From a virus (Duplodnaviria > Caudoviricetes), in the IMG/VR virus record IMGVR_UViG_3300036778_000033, positions 1-32,928 of that record: a stretch of DNA of 32,928 nucleotides; one strand, given 5' to 3'. The notes beneath the pieces were generated by a model that was given only the letters and a program-made list of their open reading frames with translations, was not told the origin of the DNA and made no database searches. Made by a program: the position numbers and the translations under genes. The stretch's first letter is position 1. Each line of letters begins with the position of its first letter. Below, piece after piece: positions 5,948-15,534 of this stretch.

Positions 5948-8688
5948 TAATCGCTCCTTTGTCCGTTCAGTGATGCATTCATTCGGGAGTCAACCCCATG
6001 CGAGGCCAGCGCGTCGTGCAGCGCTTTAGTCTGAGATGCCTCGATCATATCTTTTATTTTCTTCGCCAGCGCATTGTCCTGCGCAGGGTCGCCAGACGCT
6101 TTAACATCAAAATCGTTTTTCTGTTCGATTTTGATAGTGATAGGGGCCGGTGGTGGTGGCTGTTCCTTTTGCGCTTTTTCGACAGCGGCATCAATACCCT
6201 GCGTTACGCTTTCGCTACTGACTTTTGTCAGGTCTTTCGGCTGTATTGTTGATACGCGATCTGATGCTGGCTTCGTCTTGTCATCGCCGGTAAACCAGCC
6301 TTTGATACTCTCGAAGGTATCTTTAATGACTGGCCCAATTTTTTCGCCTACAGCCTCGCCCAGACCACTACCCGCAATGCCGCCCAGCGCACCTCCAATA
6401 GCCGTACCGATGCCCGGTAATATAAAACTGCCGATGGCCGCACCCAGTGCCGCACCACCTATCCCACCCCCTGTGCTGCCGACCGCAGCGCCGACATCAG
6501 ATGCATCACCGTTCTGAGTGGCGTCATACAGATCATATGCCCCATAGGCCAACTGCATGGGCAGTGCCGCCCTGCCTGCCAGCTTGCCCATACCTTTAAA
6601 TCTTGATAACCCACTGCCCCCCGAACCTGCTCCACGTCCACCTCTTCGGGTTCTGCGTGAGCCGCCTCGACCGTTGCCGCCAGCACCGGTTCCACGACCA
6701 CCACCGAGCCGGTCCATTTGTGCATTCATTCGGCGCAGGGCTACAGTGGCCCTGTTTGCTGATAACACGGTGCCATCGGTCGCACCACCCAACTTCGTTT
6801 TCCCAATTCGCCCCAGTTGTTTCAGGTCACTGGCAAGAGAGCCAATGAATTTGAAACCCATCATGCCGACTTTCAGTGCAACCATGCTTGCGCCGATTTT
6901 CAACGTCCAGCCAAATGCTGATTTGGCTTTATCTGAGGTTTCCAGAAGATTACTAAAACCGCTCGCAAGCGCCCCTATTGGTGGAGCCAGCTCGTCAACC
7001 ACCGGCAGCAGTAAATCTCCCAGCGAAATAGTCAGGGTTTCAATTCTGGAATTGAGCCTGTCCATTTTTGCTTTTCGGGTTGCCGCCTTTTTCTGATACT
7101 CCTTCTCCATCGAACCGGCATATGCGGCCTGGTCTCCGGCAAGCCCCATCATTTGTTTCAGTACATCGATGTTCCCGGCGAGTTTTGCGACTGCACCGGA
7201 TACCTCTTCCCCGAAAATCTGACTAATGATGGCTTTTTGCTTATCGGGCGATTGCTTTTTCACCGCTTCGAGTACTTTAATCAGCGTCTCGGGAGCGTTT
7301 TTTTGCATGTCTTTACTAAGCTGTTTAGGCTCAAACCCGAGCATAGACAGGCCGCGCTGCCCTGATTTTGTTGTTGCAAAACCCGCCGTCAGACGACCGG
7401 AGATGTTTTTCATCGCCGTAGCCCCCGTTTCCTGCGTCTCACCAGACGCAATAAGCGTGGCTGCCAGTGCTGCCGTCTGATTATTGCTAAACCCGGACAG
7501 CTTAACGTTAGCGCCCATGCGACGCATGATGGCGGCGACTTCCATCGGCTTTGCGGCTACCTGGTTTGATGCCTGATTGATGAAGTCAGCCAGCTGCATC
7601 ATCCCATCCTGATTCAGCTTCATTGACGTGCGCAGTTTTGCCAGAGTGTCACCGGCTGTTCCTGCGTCTGTGTCAAATGCCACTGCGGTTTTAGCGGCAT
7701 CTACAGAGAACCGCCGCAGTTGCTTCGTGTCCACATTTCCATGAGAGTCATTGGCAACACCGGCCTGTCCTGCTGCCGCTACAATGTCTGTCATGCCCTT
7801 CTGTGAAATACCCAAATTACCGGCATCACGGCGAATACTTAACTGGAAATCTCTCTCTTCTTTTTTGCTGTTGAAGTTGGCAACTTTCTGCACGTCAGAC
7901 CATGCATACTCTGCATCCATCGCCTTTTTACCCATAGCGACCAACGGCGCTGCTGCAATTGCCGTTCCCAGGACTTGCCCTTTCAGATTCGAGCGCGTGG
8001 CGCGATTCGCCTCCATCCTTGATTGCGCGCTGTTCAGCGTTTTGATTCGGGCTTCCTGCCGTGCCAGCATGGTGCTGGCTTTTGTGGCATCGGTCGCCAG
8101 TCTGGCCTGCTCGCGGGCCAGATTGCGCGTATCAACACCGGTACTCTTCAGCGCACTACCGAGCGTTTTCAGGCGGGACCGTTCTTTATCTGCCGCTGAC
8201 GTGAGAGATACAGTTTCACGCGTGGCGGCTTTGTCCTCGCGCCGCTTCAGGGCCACTTCTGCGGTGGCTTTTTTATACGCCGGTCGCAGCTGCTCAAGCG
8301 ATTGCGTCACGCGGGTAAATGTTACCCGCTGGTCTGCCGTCAGTCTGCCGTTTCTCGCCAGTTCCACATCCAGTTCGCGGAGCGACTGTTCGGCGCTGGA
8401 GATACCTTTCTGATAACGCCGTTGTTCACTCAGCGCGCCCCGGAGTGCTGTTCCCGAAGCATCGACGCGCTTTTTATTCTCGCTTAACTGCTTGTTAGTG
8501 GCCTGTAGCGCTTTTTGTGTCGCCTGGTGCGACTTGATATCGCCCTGCGCTTTGCTGAGTTTTCCTAGCGCGGCGCTGGCATCACCGGCCTTATGCCGCA
8601 TACGCTCCAGTGATTTCCCTGCGGATTCGAACGCCGGACTCAGCGCATCTTTTGCGCTGAGTAATAGCGATACTTTCTTCTCAGCCAC
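5947..8688 (-). CDS. Tail tape measure protein
   Basis: 913 aa, Ala/Gly/Lys-rich and helical, TP901-type core, C-terminal glycine zipper (GAAIGSFILPGIGTAIGGALGG); GTG start. Confidence 0.93.
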   Translation of the reverse strand: MAEKKVSLLLSAKDALSPAFESAGKSLERMRHKAGDASAALGKLSKAQGDIKSHQATQKALQATNKQLSENKKRVDASGTALRGALSEQRRYQKGISSAEQSLRELDVELARNGRLTADQRVTFTRVTQSLEQLRPAYKKATAEVALKRREDKAATRETVSLTSAADKERSRLKTLGSALKSTGVDTRNLAREQARLATDATKASTMLARQEARIKTLNSAQSRMEANRATRSNLKGQVLGTAIAAAPLVAMGKKAMDAEYAWSDVQKVANFNSKKEERDFQLSIRRDAGNLGISQKGMTDIVAAAGQAGVANDSHGNVDTKQLRRFSVDAAKTAVAFDTDAGTAGDTLAKLRTSMKLNQDGMMQLADFINQASNQVAAKPMEVAAIMRRMGANVKLSGFSNNQTAALAATLIASGETQETGATAMKNISGRLTAGFATTKSGQRGLSMLGFEPKQLSKDMQKNAPETLIKVLEAVKKQSPDKQKAIISQIFGEEVSGAVAKLAGNIDVLKQMMGLAGDQAAYAGSMEKEYQKKAATRKAKMDRLNSRIETLTISLGDLLLPVVDELAPPIGALASGFSNLLETSDKAKSAFGWTLKIGASMVALKVGMMGFKFIGSLASDLKQLGRIGKTKLGGATDGTVLSANRATVALRRMNAQMDRLGGGRGTGAGGNGRGGSRRTRRGGRGAGSGGSGLSRFKGMGKLAGRAALPMQLAYGAYDLYDATQNGDASDVGAAVGSTGGGIGGAALGAAIGSFILPGIGTAIGGALGGIAGSGLGEAVGEKIGPVIKDTFESIKGWFTGDDKTKPASDRVSTIQPKDLTKVSSESVTQGIDAAVEKAQKEQPPPPAPITIKIEQKNDFDVKASGDPAQDNALAKKIKDMIEASQTKALHDALASHGVDSRMNASLNGQRSD

Positions 8689-8854
8689 CCGATTTAACCC
8701 CCAGTTTTTTTAATGCCAGTTCATAGCGCGCCAGCGCGCGCGGAACCTGCCACGACAGAATTTCGTTTTCACTGGCGAGATACACCAGCGGGAGGATGTC
8801 TGTCAGTCGGTCAACGTCTCCGTCTGAAAGTAATCCCCCTGTTCCGTCAAAAAA
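8681..8854 (-). CDS. -1 frameshift extension of the tail assembly chaperone (P2 E+E'-like)
   Basis: Slippery TTTTTTG (8854-8848). The -1 frame reads FDGTGGLLSDGDVDRLTDILPLVYLASENEILSWQVPRALARYELALKKLGVKSGG to a stop at 8681 overlapping the tape measure start. Confidence 0.8.
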   Translation of the reverse strand, partial: FFDGTGGLLSDGDVDRLTDILPLVYLASENEILSWQVPRALARYELALKKLGVKSGG

Positions 8855-9432
8855 TCGCGAACCCTCCCCATAAGGTGATTAAAGTCAGGCATATGGAGCT
8901 GACTGATGATGTCGGGGTGCAGGCTGCTGCACGTCGCCGCAACCGTCATGCCTTGCTTGTGTCCGTCTTTTTCTTTCCGCACCTGCCGTGTTAATCCTAC
9001 GGTTGGGGGTTGCAGGCGGTAATCCGTGATCTCGCCGTTAATCGGATCGCTGACAGGAACCAGGAGTGGCGGGTTATCGACCGGGTATTTAATCGGCTCG
9101 ACCTTCTCCCCCGCTTCCCTGCGCGCTTGTGCGTCTTCTTCCAGCAAATCAGGCGTGCTGCCATTCACCAGCCGGTCAACCTGATTCGTCAGCGAGTTGT
9201 AATCGGGCTGGCCCAGCTGCGCGATAATGTCTTCTGGTTGTCTGGTCATCGCTGTGACCAGTTCGAATTCCCTGTCAAGGGCATTAAATCCCTGTGGGTC
9301 GTTATCCAGATCGTATTTCGCTGAGATTTCCCGGACCTGTTTTGATGGCAGTGTGCTGACATCAATAGAGGATAATTTTCCACTGGCCGTAGTGATCGGA
9401 AAGACCAGGGGAACAACGCGTGAGTAAGCCAT
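8803..9432 (-). CDS. Tail assembly chaperone (P2 gpE-like) with tandem domain duplication
   Basis: Between tube and tape measure; GGAG RBS before ATG 9432; repeated DIIAQLGQPDYNSL / DIISQLHMPDFNHL. Confidence 0.83.
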   Translation of the reverse strand: MAYSRVVPLVFPITTASGKLSSIDVSTLPSKQVREISAKYDLDNDPQGFNALDREFELVTAMTRQPEDIIAQLGQPDYNSLTNQVDRLVNGSTPDLLEEDAQARREAGEKVEPIKYPVDNPPLLVPVSDPINGEITDYRLQPPTVGLTRQVRKEKDGHKQGMTVAATCSSLHPDIISQLHMPDFNHLMGRVRDFLTEQGDYFQTETLTD

Positions 9433-9449
9433 AAAACTCTCCATAAATG

Positions 9450-9473
9450 AAAAGCCCCGCGTTATGCGGGGCC
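9450..9473 (-). terminator. Hairpin/terminator after the tail tube gene
   Basis: GGCCCCGCATAACGCGGGGCTTTT on the minus strand. Confidence 0.6.
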
Positions 9474-9497
9474 TGGTTGTGCAGTGTTGGTTTGGAT

Positions 9498-10004
9498 TCA
9501 GCTCATGCCGACCATCAGCCTGAAGACCTGGAGCATATCGCTCTGGCCGAGGTTGACGACGCTGCCATCAGAAGCCACTTCCCACAGGGTTTTACCGTTA
9601 ATGGTTTTCTTTTTTCGCTTACATGACAGCGTAAGAACGGTTTGTGGAAGCTCGCCCATCTTGCTGCCACTGTCCTCAAGACTGTTAACCTCGCCAATCC
9701 ACTCTGATTTTGTTGCATAGGGCATACCGTCTTCGTCCTGAAATGCTTCTTCCACGGTGACAGCACAATAACTACCCGATGTGAGACCATACGTTCCCAG
9801 CGAATCAGCAACGGCCCCCTTGATAGTGAGTGCTGCGGTCATTGCTTCAATGCCGGTCATGACTTCCCGTTCGACAAACGAACCGCCGCGCGTTTTTTCC
9901 ATTACTTTTTTCGGAGCCGGATCGGATACATCATCCAGCGTCAAAAATAACGGGACACCTTCAATCGTGGCCCGCATCGCCATGCGCGTTAAACTTCCTG
10001 CCAT
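9498..10004 (-). CDS. Major tail tube protein (P2 FII-like)
   Basis: 168 aa after the sheath; MEKTRGGS...TGIEAM and KTINGKTLWEV motifs. Confidence 0.88.
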   Translation of the reverse strand: MAGSLTRMAMRATIEGVPLFLTLDDVSDPAPKKVMEKTRGGSFVEREVMTGIEAMTAALTIKGAVADSLGTYGLTSGSYCAVTVEEAFQDEDGMPYATKSEWIGEVNSLEDSGSKMGELPQTVLTLSCKRKKKTINGKTLWEVASDGSVVNLGQSDMLQVFRLMVGMS

Positions 10005-11428
10005 TACAGAATCGCCTCCAGGAATGATTCGACAATGCCGGTGTCCTCTGCGAGGTGGTACACGGCGTGCTCGTTGGGGCTAAAGCCCGCGTAATTGATG
10101 GCGATGTGCCACTCGCCGTTTCGGTAGTTATCTACGTTATTCAGCGTCGGGTGCAGGTAAACTTTTGCACCTATTAACGCCTCTTCCGCCTGCAAACCGG
10201 ACAGCCAGTCGTTAATCTGATTGACGCGCTGCTCCATGAAGGTTTTCGTCAGATTCCACGCCATCCCCGCTTCTGTCGTCTGCAACAGTTTGCGGATAAT
10301 GGTCTGCTCCAGCCCGACCTGAGCGACAAAACGCCCGGACACCGTGCGGTTGCCAATCAGCGAGTAACCACCCATCGAGGTGTGCGCAAAATAGCTCACC
10401 CCGTTGCGGTTCAGCAGGTCACCATTTGTGGTGCGGTCCAACAGGTTGTAATCAATATGACGCTGTAGCCCTTCGATATTGACACCCATTCGCCCCTTGC
10501 CTGGTGACTCCCATGCTTTTACGCGAGCAAAACACGCCAGCGCCTGTGCAGATGCTGAGCCGTAAATATACGCGGCTTCTGCCTGGCTCCAGACCTTCAC
10601 CATTGGGTCAACGAGGTAAAACGCATCATAGCCGGTGCCTGTGACTGCCATCGATTCAGACAGTGCAATAGCATCCTCATCGTTTGTACTGGGTCCATCT
10701 CCCACGGGGATCGCAAAAATCTTCTTCCCCAGTGCAGCCAGTGCATCATGCACCGGCTTCTGGCTGAATCCCGGCGCGCTGATATGCGTCAGCGCTTCCT
10801 TTGCTCCTTTAAGCGCCTCTATACCGGTAATGCGCCCAGTTTGGGCGTCAATCCCACCGATCACATTCGTCATAGTGATGCTGGCGTCCTTCGATTTGCC
10901 ATTAATCGTAAGTAGCATTCCGGCTGGGAAATCGGCCTCTGAAACGCCATCAACGCCACCCAACAACAACACATTTGTCGCTGCGGTGTAGCTCATTACC
11001 GGGACCTTCGAACCGTTAACAGAAACGTACCAACCATCTTCTTCGGTAACATCCTCATTCAGCGTTGCGTCCGTGAGCGTAATACCAACCTGACCGCTAC
11101 CACCATCAAAAACAGACTCAACAATAGTCCCTGTATAACTAAGTTCATCGCCTTCAACCACGACGACATAACACACAACCGAGGCTACTTGCTGGATAGC
11201 AGTAATGGCCGGGAAGAGAGTTCCAGCCGCTGCGCCGGTAGTATCAAGTTTTGCGAGCTGGGCAGGATTAGCAATCCGATACGGTTTATTCAGCGGAATG
11301 CTGGCGTCAATGTTTGGTGCTGTGCCGACCAGACCAAACACTGTCGCCCCTGCGGGTCCCATCGGCTGCGGGGCCGGTTCACTCAGTATCGAGGCACCGT
11401 TATGCACAAAGCTGGTAATTTCTGGCAT
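10004..11428 (-). CDS. Contractile tail sheath protein (P2 FI-like)
   Basis: FVHNG, VFGLVGTAP, TGIEAL, ISAPGFS, WESPG, LLNRNGVS and GYSLIGNRT motifs. Confidence 0.93.
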   Translation of the reverse strand: MPEITSFVHNGASILSEPAPQPMGPAGATVFGLVGTAPNIDASIPLNKPYRIANPAQLAKLDTTGAAAGTLFPAITAIQQVASVVCYVVVVEGDELSYTGTIVESVFDGGSGQVGITLTDATLNEDVTEEDGWYVSVNGSKVPVMSYTAATNVLLLGGVDGVSEADFPAGMLLTINGKSKDASITMTNVIGGIDAQTGRITGIEALKGAKEALTHISAPGFSQKPVHDALAALGKKIFAIPVGDGPSTNDEDAIALSESMAVTGTGYDAFYLVDPMVKVWSQAEAAYIYGSASAQALACFARVKAWESPGKGRMGVNIEGLQRHIDYNLLDRTTNGDLLNRNGVSYFAHTSMGGYSLIGNRTVSGRFVAQVGLEQTIIRKLLQTTEAGMAWNLTKTFMEQRVNQINDWLSGLQAEEALIGAKVYLHPTLNNVDNYRNGEWHIAINYAGFSPNEHAVYHLAEDTGIVESFLEAIL

Positions 11429-11613
11429 TACTTCTCCTGTTTCTTACTTTTCTTTGTTGTCTGGACCGTGGTCCCGGCAACTTTTACATGACCATTCAGC
11501 GTCAGAATGCATGCCTGCCGCCCCGTCAACTCAACAATGGCTCCCGAGGGCAACCAGTGCCCTGTTACCGGATGCTCTATGCCACGCACAACCGTATATT
11601 TTTTACGTTCCAT
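11428..11613 (-). CDS. Small basic protein preceding the sheath (61 aa)
   Basis: GAGG RBS; stop overlaps the sheath start (TAATG). Confidence 0.7.
   Translation of the reverse strand: MERKKYTVVRGIEHPVTGHWLPSGAIVELTGRQACILTLNGHVKVAGTTVQTTKKSKKQEK
11461..11476. repeat. sopC-like palindrome inside the 61-aa gene
   Basis: CTGGACCGTGGTCCCG; 13 of 14 core positions match. Confidence 0.55.
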
Positions 11614-11629
11614 ACAGATCCTCAGTCAT

Positions 11630-11654
11630 AAAAAAAGCGACCATCTGGTCGCTT
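11630..11654 (-). terminator. Intrinsic terminator after the fibre assembly gene
   Basis: AAGCGACCAGATGGTCGCTTTTTTT on the minus strand. Confidence 0.7.
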
Positions 11655-12096
11655 AAAGTGGTTTGTCTTCTGGCGGTGGGGGCCAGTCAGTGTTCTGACC
11701 CGCTGATGTATCGACTTTATTTACTTTGATGCGATAAGCCCTGAGTGCTGCCAGTCGTTCTGATTCAGCGTCTGTCGCCAGTCCTGCATCTACTGTGTCC
11801 TGTAGAATGCTGATTTCTTGCGTAGCCGCAGCAAGCAGGCGCGTCTTCTCTGCACCGGCTTCGCCGATAAAACGTTCATCTGAAACCGGTGGCGGATCAC
11901 TCCACGCAGGCATGTTGTCAGCTCCGGCAACCCTGAGTTTTCCATCTGGCGACGGGGAGCGTCCAAACGCCTGGAACACAACTACTTCAACCGCTACCGC
12001 ATCGCCCGGCCAGCTGTTTGCCGCATCGTATTCTTTGCGACGACTTTCCCGCACAAATGTATTTTCCGCCGCTGAATAATAAAATTGCTCCTCCAC
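11653..12096 (-). CDS. Tail fibre assembly chaperone (Tfa / P2 gpG-like)
   Basis: YYSAAENTF, WPGDAVAV, PAWSDPPP, LQDTVDAGLATDAE and DWPPPP motifs. Confidence 0.92.
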   Translation of the reverse strand: MEEQFYYSAAENTFVRESRRKEYDAANSWPGDAVAVEVVVFQAFGRSPSPDGKLRVAGADNMPAWSDPPPVSDERFIGEAGAEKTRLLAAATQEISILQDTVDAGLATDAESERLAALRAYRIKVNKVDTSAGQNTDWPPPPEDKPL

Positions 12097-13007
12097 TAAT
12101 ACCCCTCCGCAGTCCAGAAAAACCGCCCTTCTGTTGCATACTTGAAATACCCATTCGCCGGTTTCATTACAAGCGCTTTAAACCCCGTCGGGGAGCATTC
12201 GATGAGCGCCGGATAATTAATCCCGGAAATAAGCCCGGACGCTCCATCGTAAGCATAATCTTCATTGAAAAATGTCAGGCTGATGTTTTCGCACTTCATC
12301 GGGAATTTTTCCGGGAACACGACTTCAACCAATGCGGTTGCGTTGTTAACCGCTATTCCGCGCTGGATCATCTTCTGCGAGAAAACACCATCAATGCTGG
12401 TAGGCACTTGCGTCACTCCCGCTACAGTATCCTCAACGGGTAAATACTGCGGGTGAGGGTTCTCGGCACTTTCATGCGCAGACATTGCCTCATCAACGTA
12501 CTCCCGAGATGCCTGCCCATCGATATTGCCGATCTGCTCTTCAACGTATTCCTGTACATACTCCCGCGTGGCCAACACAACCGACTCATCAATAAGGAGC
12601 GTGACATTTGCCTCTTCTGACACGATGATATCCATCGTGATAACCATTGATGCAGCACTGCCAGAGGATGTCTTTATTTTATATTGAGGTGGTAGCGCTG
12701 TGACCGCGACCAGCGTACCGTCGCTTGCAACAAGCCCCATTTCACGCATCCAGAACGGACCAGCGTCAGCGGATAAAACGGCCTCTGCGGTTATCACAGC
12801 AGGGTTTGTTTTGCTGCGGGACAGACGGTTGAGTTGTCCGGTGTATACCTGATTGACAAGCGCTGTTTGCGCTTTATCGGGTGCGGGTGAGTCCCCGTTC
12901 CCGTCACCAATCACAAAGTTTGTAATCTGTGCGGCATTACCGGTCGCAACTGCATCAGCAAAAATCGCTGCGCCTGCTGTTGTCAGAATGCCGGTGTACT
13001 CATCCAT
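12096..13007 (-). CDS. Short tail fibre protein (P2 gpH-like N-terminus)
   Basis: ILTTAGAA...IGDGNG...QTALVNQVY...GPFWMREMGL...VLATREYV, then AHESAENPHPQY; only 303 aa. Confidence 0.88.
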   Translation of the reverse strand: MDEYTGILTTAGAAIFADAVATGNAAQITNFVIGDGNGDSPAPDKAQTALVNQVYTGQLNRLSRSKTNPAVITAEAVLSADAGPFWMREMGLVASDGTLVAVTALPPQYKIKTSSGSAASMVITMDIIVSEEANVTLLIDESVVLATREYVQEYVEEQIGNIDGQASREYVDEAMSAHESAENPHPQYLPVEDTVAGVTQVPTSIDGVFSQKMIQRGIAVNNATALVEVVFPEKFPMKCENISLTFFNEDYAYDGASGLISGINYPALIECSPTGFKALVMKPANGYFKYATEGRFFWTAEGY

Positions 13008-13621
13008 TATTGCTCCTTCGCTGAAATGTGGAGACGGGTGACTCCGTGCGTTGATGTCACGCCATACCAGACAGCATCCGCTGGCGGGCTGGCGGCATTA
13101 CGGGCCGCTATATGAATGGATGTTCCCACTGTTGAGGCTACACCGACCCATGCAGTAACACTGGCCTGTCGCAACAGTTTCACATCAGTTTTATCCCGTT
13201 CTGCCTTGTAAGCGTTAATTCTCGCCATGACGCGCAGCATCGTGGCTTCATCAAGCTCGGTATTGGCCAGAACGGCTGTGACTGAGATTTCATATGGACC
13301 GCTGTGTACGACCTGAGCATTTATGCCCAATGCCGCCAGGGAATCGACAATGCCCTGGCGGGTACAGGCATGCGACTGAATAATCAGACCATCGGCAACA
13401 GTCTGCCGGACGCCCCCAATTTCATCGTCGGGAGCCCAGTCCAGTACACCTTTTTCAATCGCCAGCGCAGGAAGATACTGCTCCGGCGTTTCCAGGGGGA
13501 ATAGCAGCGTGCGGTAAGGCGCATCATGCTCAATCTTTGCCATGCACTGATCAAGGAGGCTTTCAAGCGCATGCTGTAAGCCAGATCGGTTGTCGGGCTG
13601 GATGCTGGGGTCATAAGTCAT
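13007..13621 (-). CDS. Baseplate wedge / tail protein I (P2 gpI-like)
   Basis: SIQPDNRSGLQHALE and PEQYLPALAIEKGVLDW motifs; start placed at ATG 13621 (GAGG RBS, overlaps the J stop). Confidence 0.86.
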   Translation of the reverse strand: MTYDPSIQPDNRSGLQHALESLLDQCMAKIEHDAPYRTLLFPLETPEQYLPALAIEKGVLDWAPDDEIGGVRQTVADGLIIQSHACTRQGIVDSLAALGINAQVVHSGPYEISVTAVLANTELDEATMLRVMARINAYKAERDKTDVKLLRQASVTAWVGVASTVGTSIHIAARNAASPPADAVWYGVTSTHGVTRLHISAKEQ

Positions 13622-14618
13622 ACATAACCTCAAGCTCAATGCCGGTGCAATACGGTGCCTGGGTATGATCGGCAACGACCGACGCAGCAGGCTCCTGTAA
13701 CTCAACGCTCGTAACCGTCTGCGGGAGCTGCATCAGGTAATACAGCATTGAAATATCAATGCGGCCCTCGAGTCGCATCGCGTTTCGCGTGTAAGTATCA
13801 ACACTCTCGCGAACCGCTTCGGCATCAATCAGCCCGTCCGGGGTATTTTTGCCATGCAGAATCGCCTTAACTTTATACTCCAGCGGGCTGCTGGGAAACA
13901 CGCTGATAATGTCAGTTTCCAGCGCTACGTCCTCTCGCGTCAGATACTCCAGCGCATTTTCAACCACTTCATCGCTGGGAATGCCGTTTTCCGTTTCGCG
14001 TGATAATAGCCAAATCCCCACTTTGCCTGTCCCAGGAACCAGAACGCGTGCGCTGGCATCACGCACCATTGCATTAGTGCTGTCTTCCGGAAACTGGTAG
14101 GTGAGCGTGACGACTGACGGCTCAGGTGATTCTATGGTGACGCGGGGCTTCTCGCCGAGCGTCATGGCATGGAACCGATACGCCGTTCTGCTGCCAGTAG
14201 TTGCAAAACCAAAAGGAGCCAGCAGCGAGCGAAAGCGAAGGTCATCATCGCTTTCCATTTCATCCGGTATCGGAGGAACTGCATCAGGATCACCATCTTC
14301 AACCACCTGCCGCTTTATGCCAAAATCAGCCGCGCGTGCATCCAGATTCGTGTCCTCAGCCCACAGCAGCAGCATTTGCTGCATTTGCCAGTTCGCCCGC
14401 CGCTCTCGCGTTGTGACCACCTGCGACATCGCCTGCAAGAGGATCGTCAGCATCTCCGCGTTATTTTCAAGTGTCTCAATGATGGCACCAGCATCTGCTG
14501 GTCGTAGCCGTGTGACTTCCTCAATCAGCGCTTGTTTCAGCTCAGGAAGCCGTTCATTTGCACCGGTGACAGTGAGCGCAGACGGTATAGCCAGTCGGTC
14601 TGTTAAAGGGTTAAACAT
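13611..14618 (-). CDS. Baseplate wedge protein J (P2 gpJ-like)
   Basis: LDARAADFGIKR, ESDDDLRFR, TTGSRTAYRFHA and APYCTGIEL motifs. Confidence 0.93.
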   Translation of the reverse strand: MFNPLTDRLAIPSALTVTGANERLPELKQALIEEVTRLRPADAGAIIETLENNAEMLTILLQAMSQVVTTRERRANWQMQQMLLLWAEDTNLDARAADFGIKRQVVEDGDPDAVPPIPDEMESDDDLRFRSLLAPFGFATTGSRTAYRFHAMTLGEKPRVTIESPEPSVVTLTYQFPEDSTNAMVRDASARVLVPGTGKVGIWLLSRETENGIPSDEVVENALEYLTREDVALETDIISVFPSSPLEYKVKAILHGKNTPDGLIDAEAVRESVDTYTRNAMRLEGRIDISMLYYLMQLPQTVTSVELQEPAASVVADHTQAPYCTGIELEVMYDL

Positions 14619-14949
14619 TCAGGGGTACGCTCACAGTTTCTTCTTTGCCATTGAACAAACCAACAAACTCCATTATGTGGCCCGCCTCCTGGGGATAAAT
14701 GTTGATTTTGTCGCATGTGAAATCCAGCAGGCCGTTAACCGGCTCGTTAAGTGCAGCACTGGCCGCTGATTTCATCAGAAGGCTGTTTGTTGGGGTGAGA
14801 TTTGCTGAGTAGTAACGGGGAACATCAGAGCCAAACTGCCGCTGCCGGTTACGCGAACCGCGCGGCGTTGTCATTACCTGCCCGAGACGGGAGATAAGCT
14901 GCCGGGTGTCATTAATGGTCCGCCCGGTAAGTCGGTCCATTCCGAGCAT
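14611..14949 (-). CDS. Baseplate protein W (gp25/GPW family)
   Basis: GMDRLTGR...MTTPRGSRNRQRQFGS motif. Confidence 0.92.
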   Translation of the reverse strand: MLGMDRLTGRTINDTRQLISRLGQVMTTPRGSRNRQRQFGSDVPRYYSANLTPTNSLLMKSAASAALNEPVNGLLDFTCDKINIYPQEAGHIMEFVGLFNGKEETVSVPLNV

Positions 14950-15534
14950 TTAACCTCCCTGTTTTTGATTTGCAGAGCCAGTTTTGCCGCCACTGTCACC
15001 TTGATGATCATGTCCGTCATAAATCTCGCGGTCGCCTGACATAGACCGCACCTGGTCTGCTATCTCGCCATCGCGGTTTATCACCTCTGGCGTATCGACA
15101 AACTCAACGCCGCCCGCTGCGTGGAATGTCATTTTCCCGCTGGTGACATCGACTTTTTGATAGGCATTTTCACCATAGGCGGTAACGACTTCATCCGGGT
15201 TATCGGTCGGAAACGGGAAGGCATCAGAAAAGAGGCCACACAGCGCAACACTGCTCTGGAAGTTGTCACCGGTACCGTAATTAAGGACCAGGGCAATTTC
15301 ACCCGCTGACGGACACCGATAGGTTGACGTCAGTCCTGCTGCCGGGACCATAAACTGAATGGGTGGGGTCCTGTTCTCCCCGACGTTCACCACCACGCGT
15401 TTGCCATCAGATGACACAACCACGCCTTTGTTGATCAGGTTGTTTCCCTGTCGCCGGTTGTCTTCGGCTGATTCCTGTAACTCTGCCAGCGCCTCATGTA
15501 CCGGTGCCAGCATCATTTTTAACAGCGCTTTCAT
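14950..15534 (-). CDS. Baseplate spike protein V (P2 gpV-like)
   Basis: PSAGEIALVL motif and C-terminal HDH iron-binding motif (YDGHDHQGDSGGKT); start at ATG 15534 with AAGGAGG. Confidence 0.9.
   Translation of the reverse strand: MKALLKMMLAPVHEALAELQESAEDNRRQGNNLINKGVVVSSDGKRVVVNVGENRTPPIQFMVPAAGLTSTYRCPSAGEIALVLNYGTGDNFQSSVALCGLFSDAFPFPTDNPDEVVTAYGENAYQKVDVTSGKMTFHAAGGVEFVDTPEVINRDGEIADQVRSMSGDREIYDGHDHQGDSGGKTGSANQKQGG

Noticed and set aside
6340-6720. Gly-rich and glycine-zipper repeats suggesting a bacteriocin or pore-former
   Set aside because: In frame within the tape measure protein, where such segments are common.
11653-13007. Tail fibre inversion system or diversity-generating retroelement
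   Set aside because: No invertase, second fibre cassette, reverse transcriptase or template/variable repeat pair seen.
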